A stretch of 64,000 bases of DNA, from assembly GCA_030265395.1 (NCBI GenBank), contig JARFYF010000054.1:11458795-11522794 (forward strand), written 5' to 3'. The position numbers were made by a program, and so were the translations under genes. Source of the stretch: Rhina ancylostomus (lineage: Eukaryota). Under the pieces are notes generated by a model that saw only the letters and a program-made list of their open reading frames with translations, had not been told where the DNA came from and did not search any database. This document shows, one piece after another, positions 51,406-64,000 of this stretch (the first letter of the stretch is position 1; each line of letters starts with the position of its first letter).

Positions 51406-52964
51406 ATCTATGCCTGTCCATGTGCCAGCGGTAGACTTGAATGTGTGACTTTCCGCCATATCACTTACGTAATTTAATCACATCCTGCCAATTTGATTAC
51501 TCGCCCATCACCCCCACTCTCTGCCTCCTGCCATTCAGCCAATTTCCTAATTGTGTCCTTAATTCACCTTCACTTCCATAAGCTTTAACTTTAGCCATCT
51601 CTCCTGAGGGACTTTACTTTCTGGAAGTCAATGTAACTAATATCCATCAACTGCTTCAGTCACCTCGTCAGAGTCATCAGGCACAACCTGCTCTTCACAA
51701 ACACAGACTTCCCTGTGGAATGTCATGCAATTTTCCCATCTGAATATTTCCCAAATCGATAACCCAAAGATCCAAAACCAGTTGGAAATGTTGACCAGGG
51801 GAAATGTGAATACTTGCTCAGGCAGCGACCACTCACTCTGACCCTGAATTTGATTTATTGTCATTTCTTTGGTCTACAGGGCAAATTTACATATGGAACT
51901 TAAGGGATTTGTCAATCGTTATCATAATGGTGATTGTAACACAACTTCTGGTAGATGAACAGTGTGGGACACCCATATTTTGAGGCTGGAGTAAGCTTTG
52001 GGAGAGCTTGATTGCTGATTAATATTTTCCTGAAGTGACTGAGGAGATTGCCATTATCTAATTTTAAATCTAATTTCAACAGTTTGACATATCCACCCGC
52101 AAACAGATGACCCCTTGTAATTTACAATAGGAATAAAATTATTTCAGTTACACAACTACACCCATTCATGATTGTGTCTCTATGACCCCATGACTTGCTG
52201 AATGATTATCTATAACTGTACACGAGTATTATTTTTGCATTAGAATTAATCACATATGGCCACTAACCAAATTCTTAAATGAATTTTGGCCATTCTTTTG
52301 AAGGCCAAGATCATACGAGTTGGATATTAGAGTTGTTCAGCTATTGACTCTTTCTCAGATACACAACTGATTGTGAATGCAAGGCTTTAAAGCTTAACTT
52401 TACACTGAAAGAGAGTAAATGGCTGGAAACAGGTTTTGAGGAAACAATCTGGAGTGCTTAAAACCTAGTGTGAACAATAACTGTATGGAACACTTTTGTG
52501 TACTTATTAATCTCAATCAGCATTTCGAAAAACAAAGTGAGTGCAATTGTTGCACAGATTACGATTCCTCAGCACATTGTGGCAAACGTTGCAATTCCTG
52601 ATGTTGTAGTTAAGTCAATGGTGTTTTGAAACAGATTTTAGATGCAAGTAAAATTTTGCAATTAAGTAAAATCTGGTACTTATTGTCTTTTTTTAAAAAG
52701 CAGTTCCATTTAACATAATCAACCTGTCTTATACTCCATCCTTGAAGCTCCACTTTGGTCATCCAGCAATAGTTGAGTTACAAGCAGCATCATAATGATG
52801 ACTGACAAATCCCTTAAGTTCACTATACAAACTTGTCCCATATGCCAGGTACGAACAAAGGTATCTGCAACAAACCCACCAGTATCCATAAGTTCTTCCA
52901 CATTTCTGCATTAATGAAAGGATAACACTTCTGACCAAGCAGCCTTTCTTGCTGATGAACAACA

Positions 52965-53345
52965 TTCAGAGTCATAGAAGCAGATAGCACAGAAACAGAT
53001 CCTTTGGCCCACCATGTTCCTGAAAACATTAAGTCCCCATTTTACATACAATTCTATTTTTTCCCCCATTGACTCCCCCTCAGGCTTCTACCACTCATCT
53101 AGGCAGGGCAGGCAATCTACAATGACCAATTAACCAAATCCATTTATCATTGGGATATAGGAAGAAACCAGAAGACCTAGAGAAAACCTGTGCTCTCACA
53201 GGGAGAGCATGCAAACTGAGTGGAGAGCACTGAAAGTCAGATTGAACCCAGGTTACTGGTGCGGTACTAGGGCAGCACAGTGGCAATCAAGAGCTGCTGC
53301 CTCACTGCTCCAGCAACCCAAGTTCCATCCTGATCTCTGGCTGCA
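52965..53345 (-). mobile_element. Degraded V-SINE with a CR1-type tail (HE1-like), plus an opposite-strand tRNA-like SINE head at ~53270-53340
   Basis: agcacagaaacagatcctttggccc tail; gaaaccagaagacctagagaaaacc V-domain (compare 1525-1550); ggcagcacagtggc head. Confidence 0.65.
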
Positions 53346-55014
53346 CCTAGCAATACCTTGTGTCTTTAAGCATCACGTGCATCAACTTCGCTCCTGACTC
53401 AAGAAAATCTATGTTCCTTAATTTCTCTCAACTGATGACCCAAGTCATGGCCCTCAAAAATCTATCTGCACTGTTGCTTTGTTGCATGTACACTTACCTC
53501 AGTAGAACAAGTCACCTGCTTCATCAGGTCTCTTCCCAAGACATCTTTACTCACCTTCCCATATAAAAGTGTAGTATTCATTTCTTCATTCTCCAGAACC
53601 ACTCTGGTAGACTTCCAGCTAGTGGTCCTGGTGAGGCTGTGTGTGAGAGCTCTAGGTTCCTTGATACACCTCTGGAGTTCATCTGGCCAGTTGTGTTCTT
53701 GGGTAGGGCTGATGCACCCCACAGCTTGAGTGGCTCCAGGATCTCATCACCACAATTCTTCAAAGCATGCAGTCCCTTAATTCAAAGGGCTCAGTCTAAT
53801 CAAGACCATGAATGCTGGAATACAGCACTGGGCCATCATCATTTAGATAACTGGACTCATTTTATTCCACTGGCAAACCAACAGAATAGGTCCCCTGAAT
53901 CTGGAGAGTCCCTCCTGCATTGGTGCTTAACACTAATTTACTCTGCCTCACTGAAAGGTTCTCGAAACATTGCCCTGCAACTGATCAGCTTGCAGCAATG
54001 TCAATGTGTATTCTGTATTCAATTACAAAGACTGCCAATATATTATTGCCAACTGTCCATGGAGATGGCCAGCAAATTTCATTTAACATACCAGACTCCA
54101 CCTCTTTGCTCTCCGATTCCAGCATATGGATGGAAACCCAACAGGACTCTTCTGCATCTTTGGCCCTTTCATCTAACACAAACAGGAATTACCATCCTTA
54201 TCAGAAGCTACCTTCTTGAGGGGCCTGCCTCCTGGTACAATGTGCCGTTTGGTCACAATAAAAATACTGGAACATCCTGAACTGGCAATCTGAGGCCAAG
54301 TGGCTTCCAGAACTCAATGACATAGTCACTCTTCTGGTTCCTCATCGTGTTTACTGAATGTGTTTCAAAAGTGTCCAAAGTTGCTGGATTCAAATGCGCT
54401 TTGAAAGTTATTACACCACCACCATCTCTGATTTGTAGTGCTAATAAACTCACGAGTGTTTTATCTCTGGCCCAAATAACAGTAGTATTGGCTTCCTCTT
54501 TTCATGGCTAATTGGCTCTATTTACTGTCCTCCCCTGGACTTTAACATCACTTACTCTCAGGAACAATGCCATCTATTCCATCTACAGAGAAAACAACTA
54601 CAACCTCATTATCCAGCTCACCAGCCCATCTGCCATTGCTGCTACTTCCCCCTTGCACTCAATCACTATCCTACTCCTCCACTGCTCCTCCAGCAGCAAC
54701 ATCCCATCCTCATTGTCAACATGGTGTCCATACTCTGACACTGCTGTTCAGCAAGGCAATTAAAGGTTAGAGCTACTGACCAAACATTACTTTTTATTGA
54801 TGGTGAACAGCACTCAATAGTAGTGACTGATATATATTTTTTCATTATTCTTGAAATGGATCTTTCAATTGCAATTATTTTCCATTCATGAAAAATGGGC
54901 AATCTCTCAATCTCAGATCTTCCCAGCCTCCAACTACAAGCTTCTAAAGACTGATTGCACGTTCATAATTGTGGAATCTGTAACCTGCCTGCACAAGTCT
55001 TATTAATAGTCTTA

Positions 55015-55190
55015 TCAGACTCAGGTTTATTATCAATGACATTTGTGAAATTTGTTTTTCAGCAGCAGTACAGTGCAAGACACAAAACTTACTATGTTAT
55101 GAAATAAATAATAGTGCAAAAGAGGAATAAAGACATAGTGTTCACAGACCATTCAGAAATCTCATGGCAGAGGGGAAGCTGTTCCTTGGA
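55015..55190 (-). mobile_element. Rex/Babar-type LINE tail, antisense to the 36470 copy
   Basis: tcaggtttattatca...cagcagtacagtgcaaga is the reverse complement of 36667-36735. Confidence 0.7.
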
Positions 55191-56696
55191 AAATAAAAAT
55201 CCTGGAAGTGGAAGTAACTGGACTGCTCTTTAAAAGTGACAGTGGGAGCAAGATTGGGCAAATCATTTATATTATTCTCCAATAAACTCAAGGATCAGAC
55301 CACAGATAGAAAATGCTGCCTTAAAAGTTGAATAACTTCACTGATTTTTAAAATTACATTACAATCATTGTATCAGTGGCAAGTGATCAGATTATTCAAG
55401 AAAGTGCCCGATGCATTTTTTAAAAAGTCACTTCACCTGTTTTTCTTTTCAAGAACAGTAACAAATGCAAATTGGGATTAAGCTAAAAGGAATACTACAG
55501 ATAGTCTACATCTTCCAGAATGCCATAAACTCTGGGGAAAAGACTGTTACCATCCACCTGATCTATGCCTCTCATAAGTTTAAACATTTCTAAGGTCACC
55601 CCTCATTCTCCTACAATTAGTAGAAACAAAGTATTTCATTCAGAATTGTTTATCTTTTAATAATATTACAATCTTACTATCCCTTTTACTGATAAATGCA
55701 AGTTGAAAATGCTTAAATAGTGGCTTGACCCAATTTTCTTTGATTTCTTGGCTGCATCCTGCTAACGTGGACGCTAATTGAGACTCACTGGGCATTTTGA
55801 ATCAGTCAATTAGACTTAAAAATTCTCATTTTGGTATTAAGAGCTTTTTCCTCCTCAGGACCAATGGTACCTACAAGTGATATTTGTATATACAATGAGT
55901 TTGTACAGTTTAATAATGTAAAATGCATAATATTTATTCTACAGTAAACCAACAAGAGAGGTGTGACAAACATTAACTAACTCTGCTAATGCTTTGAAGG
56001 CATAGCATTAAAACTTATTAGGGAAACTCACTCTTGACAAACCGTCCAGTGACTACATTCACAGAAATATGGGGTTGGATAAGATTTGTTTTTCTGTACA
56101 GCAGTAGCTTAGAACAGGGAGGAATCACCAGCTTTCGAAGGAAGTGTTATTCTGTGAAGAAAGTTGGTTGCCGTGATAACAATAAATAAACAGAGCTATA
56201 TTTAAAAACAAATCACCTAAGAGTATCAGGCAGTATAGTCTTTTGTTTGTAATGGTTCTGTAACTACATGCTCACTACATCAAATTCAATCTGTTCAGCT
56301 ACCAATGGGGATGTACAATCACAAATGATATACTGGTGTAATAGGTTTTTAATCAGGGTAGTGTACATTAGGCACAGTTACACTAAAATTGTGGCTGTGA
56401 AGTAGCTTCTGCAAGACAGAAACTGTACATCAAGATGAATTTCAATTAAGAATAACTGTTCACTTGCAAGTCAAACATGCAACCACACACTGTTTCACTA
56501 AAATTTACTACCAATTTATTTGAAACATAGGCATTTATTATGAATTGAGCCCACAATATCAACTTCATACTGTAGCTCATTGGTAACCCACCTGAAAGTA
56601 CTTGAATCCCTTTTCAGCTTCACATTGAACAACAAATTTGTGCAAAAAGTTGCACTAATCAGAGGAACTTGATTAGTTGGAGATAATTTAAAAAAA

Positions 56697-58205
56697 TTTA
56701 GATGCTGGAAATCAAAAATAAAAACAGAAAATGCTGGTCTCAACTGATTATCCCACATCTGTGGGGAAAGGACAGTTAAAATTTTAGATTCCCTTTGTCA
56801 GAACTAGGAAGGAGATAAGTTTGTTAAGCCACAGTGAAGGTGGGAAAAGTCTCTGATGGGGGCTACCTGGGTGACCATGGGGATAAACTGCAAACAAGAT
56901 CATCTGTCCATGAATCAATGGGAGCAGTTAAGAGAGTGAGGACATAGACTAAAAGATGGGGTGGGTGGAGGAAAGTGTGTGAAAAACATTCTTTGAATGA
57001 TTTCTCCTGCAATTCCACTATCTCCACATCAAAGGTTAACTATGGGCCCAAGCTATTCCTGTCTTTTTGTGGGATATGTAGGAGTCTTTGTTTCATCCTT
57101 CCCAGGCCCACTCCCTCAGCCTTTTACAGTACATGACTGCATTGGTGTTGCTTCCTGTACTCATGCAGAACTCGACTATTTCATTACTTTTCCTGTCAAT
57201 TTCCACCCTGCTCTCACTTTCAACCTCAGAGGTCAAGCTGGCTAACATCCACAACAAGCCGACTAAATCCGGCTACTATTCCAACTAGTCTTCATCCAAA
57301 CCTGCCTCCTGTAGGCACTTTATTCCTTTCTCCCATTTTCTGTTTTTATATTTGCTGTGACCACCTTTACTCTCAACCCATTCCACACCCCCCTCCCTTT
57401 NNNNNNNNNNNNNNNNNNNNNNNNNNNNNNNNNNNNNNNNNNNNNNNNNNNNNNNNNNNNNNNNNNNNNNNNNNNNNNNNNNNNNNNNNNNNNNNNNNNN
57501 NNNNNNNNNNNNNNNNNNNNNNNNNNNNNNNNNNNNNNNNNNNNNNNNNNNNNNNNNNNNNNNNNNNNNNNNNNNNNNNNNNNNNNNNNNNNNNNNNNNN
57601 NNNNNNNNNNNNNNNNNNNNNNNNNNNNNNNNNNNNNNNNNNNNNNNNNNNNNNNNNNNNNNNNNNNNNNNNNNNNNNNNNNNNNNNNNNNNNNNNNNNN
57701 NNNNNNNNNNNNNNNNNNNNNNNNNNNNNNNGCAATACTTGTCCTTTCACCTCTTCCATTCCCATTAGCTAGGGATCACAAAAACTTGATGAATATAACC
57801 TTGCTACCCACCTGGACTTAATATAGAATCCTACAACTTCAGTTAACCTGATTTTCCTGCCTTCATCAGTTGTCCATCTGTGATATTTACTCAGCTTTTG
57901 TCCCCTTGTCTCTGGAATTGGAGGACCTGGCAGGCATGTATTCCTGCTCTGCATTTTGCAACTTACATTCTCTTGTCTATGTTCTCATTCTCTAATTGCT
58001 CCCATCCACATATTGACCATATAATCTTTACAGCTTATTCCCATTGGGTAAAACCAGGTGGGAATCAGGTATTCCTCCCCCCCCCCCCCACACTTCCTGC
58101 AGCTTAACAAGCCAACTCTGAATGGTTTTTCACTTGAAACGTTAACCTTTCTCTTCCCACATATGCTAACCTGACCTAATGAGCATTTCCAGCAATGTTT
58201 TAAAA
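56697..58205 (+). mobile_element. Decayed Penelope-like retroelement: RT remnant between inverted terminal repeats
   Basis: ORF 56997..57245 contains MGPSYSCLFVGYV...DCIGVASCTHAEL..FI.F..NFHPALTF, the PLE RT motif region. The ends (56697-56806, 58115-58200) match the two arms of the hairpin family. Confidence 0.8.
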
Positions 58206-59077
58206 TTTTAGTTTGGGTTTAGTCAGTTTGCTAGTTCAAGAATCTTTTGGAAATCTGCAGATAATTGACACATGAAATTTATGAACTTTAATTCAGTTTT
58301 GCACAGTACATCCTTCAATTATATTTTATTTAAATGAAGCATGTGTTGGTGCGATAGCATTATTACACTTATTTTATAAAGAATTACACAGGGTGAAAAT
58401 TGAAAAGGTGAAATTTGTTATGAACTAAGTTTGGGCAAGTACTCTGCACCATTACGTTCACCATGTTTTAAGATAATGGAAAATTGCAACAAATATTCTT
58501 AACTGATATGTACTAAGAGATTATAGCTATCAGAAAAGACTGAACTGACTGGAGCTCTTTGCTCCTGAAAACTTATTGGACTGAAGGAAACAATAGTTCT
58601 ACTTTTGGGGAATCTAATACCAGGAATTACAAGTATAATTATTATGATATTCAGAATCTTCTTTATCCAATGCAGTGTAGGGAAAACTATTTATGTATAA
58701 ACAGTGACAAGTGATGCAAATGGAATTGACGGTCTTGAATATTGGCATTGACAATTTTAACCAAATGACCCACATCAGTGCTTCACTTCCATGTATCCTA
58801 TTCATCATCCAGTGGCACAAGATATTATCCAGTAACCATCAATGTAGTGTACACTGTTCCCATGCAATCTTGGGTATTTACCTGGAACTTCAGCAGGGCA
58901 TCAGATACTCTGCACTTCTGGGAGCAGCTGTGGATGCTGAACAAAAGAAAATATAGAAACATGACAGCTGGGTTACAACTGCAAGGTATTGAAATGTGTG
59001 TGTTGAAGGTCTCAAAAGCACATGTTGGTCTCCAAATAGAGAGAAAAAACCTAAACTTGCACAATCAGAAAGGAAAC

Positions 59078-59508
59078 CATCTTAGATGCTGTAATTCTGA
59101 AATAAAACAGAAAAAATCTTCATATTCAGCAGAATGAGGCAATGTTTCAGGTTAATATATCCATGGTGTTTTGCTTTTCAATCCTTGGCCTGTTCTTACT
59201 GTATAACCTAGCCCCCACCCCCACAGATGATTTTTGATCTACTTGGCTTTCCCACAATTATTAGATTTCAGTAACTGCTGTTCTATATTGCACGGTCCCA
59301 ATAGTTCCACTACTGCCCCCCTCTTCATAATTTATATCTCCAAGCAGATTCGATGCCATTAACATGCCTTTTCTGCTGTCAACACCAATCACCCATTTTC
59401 TTTTGATCACCATTAGGTCTTTGCGTGTCCCAACCTTCCTCCTCTGCAACTTAAATCATTGACTGCTTCCCTCTCCACAGATGCAGCCTAGCATTTTCTG
59501 CTTTTATG
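59078..59508. mobile_element. Penelope-derived element with inverted ends
   Basis: agatgctgtaattctgaaataaaacagaaaa...aatgtttcaggtt and ctctccacagatgcagcctagcattttctg. Confidence 0.6.
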
Positions 59509-62500
59509 CACGAGAACAGTAGATACAATGGTGAAATACAATGTGGCTGTTCATAAAATTAGTAAAATTTCCAAATGTGAAATACTTGCTTCCATTGTGC
59601 ACAATAATGTAATTTAAGCAGCCATGTTTTCCTGTAAAATAATTTTAACAGCGTGGCCTTATTTTACCATTTCATTTTTGTAGATTATCTCAAATTCCAA
59701 TCACTCCTGCAAATGGTCTACAAAGCAGTCAGCATTTTCCTCAATACTGCACAGAGGAAGAAATTTTGAAATTATGTGAAGGCAAAGCTAGGGTTAGATA
59801 AGCAAGTTTGCCATCATTGAAAAAAGTTCTCAAAAGATCACTTAAAACATTAATCACATTTCAAAATTACTTCATCGGAAAAGCACTTCAGCTTATTTTT
59901 CCACAATAAAAACCACACCAATCCCAGTTCTTCAGGGCAATGTCTAAATGAAATTTGGCTCATCTTGCTTTGAATCCATTTGTGCAACAACATAAACCAA
60001 ATATACAATGTTGAGCTTTCTACCTGATAGCATTTCAAGCAAAATCTTGGAAATGCAAGTCAATAAGTTGTTTTATTTAATAGAACATGAGAATATAAAA
60101 TTATTGATGTTATATTAATAATGCATGCATTTGTGCTACATGTGAACTTTGCTTTCTGTGTATTTTCAAGTTCTGAGTTTCAAAGCTTTTGTACTCAGAA
60201 TATCCTGTGACTTCTGAACATCAGAAAAAGGACTAATGAATGTTATAAGCATTATTATATAAATCTAATAAACAATTTCATATTTGGAATAAATTATATA
60301 GAGAACTGATCTGAAAAAATTATAATCAGCAATTGTTTAATCTTTCCATTGATGAGAGGATAGTAATAAAAGGGAAAACTGATTTGGCATAAATTGCACA
60401 GTGCTCCTCAAGGACCAGATTTGGAATTTCCTTTACCCCCAAAACTGAATGCAACTAATAACTCAAGTAGCATTCATGCCTCTTCCAAATTTTCAGGTAA
60501 CTTGATGTTGGAAGCCACAGTAACTTAGGTAATTAAAAAATGCTACAAATACTCAGGTCAAGTATCACCTGTGTAAATGGAGTTAAAATTTCAAGTCAGG
60601 AAGAATTTATTCCACCCAGCAAGTTGGCAGAGGGTAGAAAAGAACAATAAAAAGCAAGTTCTCTAAAAGGATGGAAAACACAAATGTTGGAAGGAAAGAT
60701 GCAAAGCAAAAGGTCTGGTGAGATTCAAAACAAAAACTACAGAGGTTGAAATGGAATTGTAAAAATGAGGCAGTGCCCCAGGCTTCACAAGCCATTAACA
60801 AGTAACCAAAAACAATGAATTAAAACAGCATGCACCTGGAAGCCTTCTCTCATGAACACCTAGGAAAGACAGTAAATTTAAAGATATGAGAAGTTATTGA
60901 TCTACTTGGAAGGAGCATTTGACTTTACTAAACCACCCAAACAATTAAGGAATCATCTTAACAATTAAGAGCAGAATCTGGGTGACAATGTGGCAAATCA
61001 TTTCCATTTAAAGCAAAAAAAAATGTTTCTTCAACCTGGACCACTGCTCCCTCCAACCAATGTGTAAATATTCAATAAACCACAATTCACAGCAACATAG
61101 ACAAGCACTGGAATTACCAAGGCACAGAAAGCTACAAAGCTTGTGCTGTAAAATGGAATTAGTTTATCATTGGTGTAGCTTCCATAATTTCCCACTGAAC
61201 ATCATGAACCAAACTTAAGTGGCTTTTTAGTTAAGTGTCTTGTTTGGTGCTAACATTTGCAGGTAGAAAGGGTAAATTTCAAAAGATTTTTTCCAGCTAC
61301 AGTTCATATTTCTGCAAACTTATTGAGAATACAATAATGCTCCATTGTGTAGCCAATCAATTTGCATTTATGGTGACTCAAATTCAAATTATTTACCTTT
61401 TAATTTCACATAACTGCTCTTAACCTTCAAAGTTCTATTGCAATGTTGTGGAAGATGCCTATTGTAGTCTTCTCTGGATTTTATCCAAAACTGTCAATGC
61501 TTATCCCCAATGAAGGTTTTTTGACACAATTGTTAAGTCTTTGAAATAAAAATATGTATTTGCAGTAAAAGGTGAAGCTAGAAAGGATTATACACTAATG
61601 GAGTTGGATGAAGGAAGTTGGGCAAAGCCTCCAATAAGCATACACACTGGCATTTTCTTGAGATAGCTTCCACCCTCCTTTAAACAAGTGGACTATAAGC
61701 TATAATCCCCAGTAAAAACCATGCAAAAAAAATGCTGACTGAAACTACTTCACAAAAATTAAATACCAAAGTTCATCCTAATCTAGAAAGGTAGTCACAG
61801 CAGGTCGAGTCTGTTTAAGGAACATGGTAACTTCAGTCACAATTAATTAGTCTGTCAAGGCACAGCCCTGAAACTTGCTTTCCAGACAATTGCAATTAAG
61901 TTATTTGAATTGCAGGAATCAAATAACTTAAGTTCATATTTCATCCCTCAGTTTTTTCCAAAGTCAGGGTGATGCCTTCATGAGATATGGTCAAAAAGCT
62001 CCACTGATGCTGCCCATGATCCCTGATGACTGGACCATGGCACTTAAAGCCTTGGTCCATCAAGCAGAAACTGAATTGCTACAGCTTTTCAAGTGGTCAT
62101 CTGGGCACTTAAAGTGTGATGGCTTTTGTCCTCCAGTTATCAGACTCTTTGCCAACCAAGTCCAGGCCCCTCACAGCTTTGTATCCTTCATCTTCCTCTG
62201 ACTTCCTTGTTCTCTCTACATTAATGTCATAGAAAAGGCCCATTGCTGAGCCTTGCAGTGTCTCAAAGCAATAGCCCTCATCAGTAAAACTCAGAAACCT
62301 TGCTAAAATTTACTCCCACTATTATTCAGATTGGTCTGATATGACTCTCCCTTAGCAAATGCATGCCAGTCCATCAATCTACAACTCTGCAATTGTTATC
62401 CTAGTATTAGGGTGCTGCTGCTGCCTTTTTTTTTAAAAACCTACAGTACGAACTGCCTTCCAATCTCCAATGCCACTTCTAGAGCCAAAGATGAATGGAA

Positions 62501-64000
62501 AATGATTCCCTCTCAACCAGGCAGCAACTACCAACTTCAACCGTCAATAAACTTTTCACTGGAAAAATGCCTCTCCCTAATGCAGCACATTAGTAATGCA
62601 TGCATGTGAGAAGAAAGAAACCACATCAGCAAAGATCAGGTGATACAGCAAACCTAGGATAAATAATCCAGTCTACTCAGGAATTAAAAAACACTTCAGT
62701 AATCTTTAAATACCTCTTCATACTAGTTTATTAATTTACGTATAGTAGTAACTGAAATTGTCACAAATTCCCACAGTATCTATGGAGGATACTTTAACTT
62801 TCAAGAATTCTCTCTAAATGCATTGCAGCATATTGCAATTCATGCACTAAACCCAGTGCCAAGTGGCCACTGTTGCTTGGGTGCCCAACTCTTGCATTCA
62901 CAGCAGCCTTGAACTAAATGTTAATGTAAATCTATGTTTCCATTTACTCTTTCCATGTGACTGTTTATACTTTGATCAAATGATTCAGACGCTAAGGGCA
63001 GTTCTCTCCAAGGCACTCAAATTCAATCATGGTAAACTATAAAGTAAATATATTCAAATGCCAGAGTTTGTTGTCACTTTATTAACTGGCTTTGGCTGTA
63101 GTATGTACATCTGTACACTCCACTAGTGATTAAAGCTCAACCAATATTTGCATAAAAACAAAAAAATCTTCAATACCCTCATGAAAAAAATGCACTCTTC
63201 CAGCGTCATTACTCAAAAGCAAGTGGATCCAGTACACTTATTATCGATCTATGGTAGAAACGACATAAGATTTTTATCTGTTGTGTTTATTTTGAATTAG
63301 ATTGGATGGAATGGGAGTCTAGGTGGTGGAAGAGCAAAAGATTAGTCACAAAATATTTTCAAATGATTAGCATATCAATCACACATGCAGGGTCCAGCTG
63401 TCAGCATTGCCCCAAATCAGTTTAACTCAAGAAATTACATATTCAGGGACTTGTGACTTGTAAATTTCTTTGAAAACACTTACCTTTTAATATTTTGTTA
63501 CTACAGGAGGGCATGCCAATATGAAAGTTTTTTAAAAAATGCATGGCCTTTCAAAAAAAATTTCTCTCTGTAGATTCACAAGAAATCAAAATTCATATTT
63601 GCTAGTGCCTATAGAAACCCAGCAAAAGATGTTTGCTTCAGAAGCAATATTTGACACCTTGAAACTCAGTGGAATGAAGTGCAGATTTTTAAAAATCTTC
63701 ACAGGGTACAATAGACTTTGAAGTATAACCCTTTGCTGCAGGGAATGTGCATGTGATTTGATTGTAGCTACTTGTGAATGTTGCTTTAACAATAACAACA
63801 TTATACTATAACATTTAAAATCAGGATACCAAGATTTATAGGACAGCTTTGAATGGTCAAAATACTTAGAGGTCAGGCATCTTTATGAATTTTCTTCTAT
63901 ATTATTTATAACACATGTAACTTTCAACAGCTGCAAATCATCTTTCATGAAATTCAACTTTTGCAATTTAGAAGAGTTTTTTAAATTCCTTGAAGCCAGA

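Noticed and set aside
53639-54280. 213-aa plus-strand ORF
   Set aside because: No recognisable domain or splice structure; it lies in sequence that looks like decayed LINE.
59600-64000. Search for a neighbouring gene upstream
   Set aside because: Only short random ORFs and degraded repeat-like sequence; no supportable exon.

Overview
AT-rich vertebrate genomic DNA with many N gaps. The repeats (V-domain SINEs, Deu-domain SINE relics, CR1 and Rex/Babar-type LINE ends, Penelope-like elements) suggest a cartilaginous fish, probably a ray or sawfish; this is inferred from repeat style only. One protein-coding gene is supported: a minus-strand VEZF1/MAZ-family C2H2 zinc-finger gene. Its exons are 45158-45190 (in a CpG-island promoter), 27861-28537, 26685-26748, 24509-24680, an optional exon starting at 22261, and a terminal exon 12349-12473, probably followed by a long 3'UTR. 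Skipping the optional exon gives 356 aa with 6 fingers; including it adds two fingers. The protein mixes VEZF1-like and MAZ-like diagnostic features. Other notable items are a uORF ending 1 nt before the start codon, a forkhead-motif minisatellite in intron 1, candidate cryptic exons, and about a dozen Penelope-derived, partly fold-back elements, several with decayed minimal hammerhead-ribozyme cores. Most other ORFs in the track are spurious or retroelement remnants. Family comparisons were made from memory, not by database search, and repeat boundaries are approximate.
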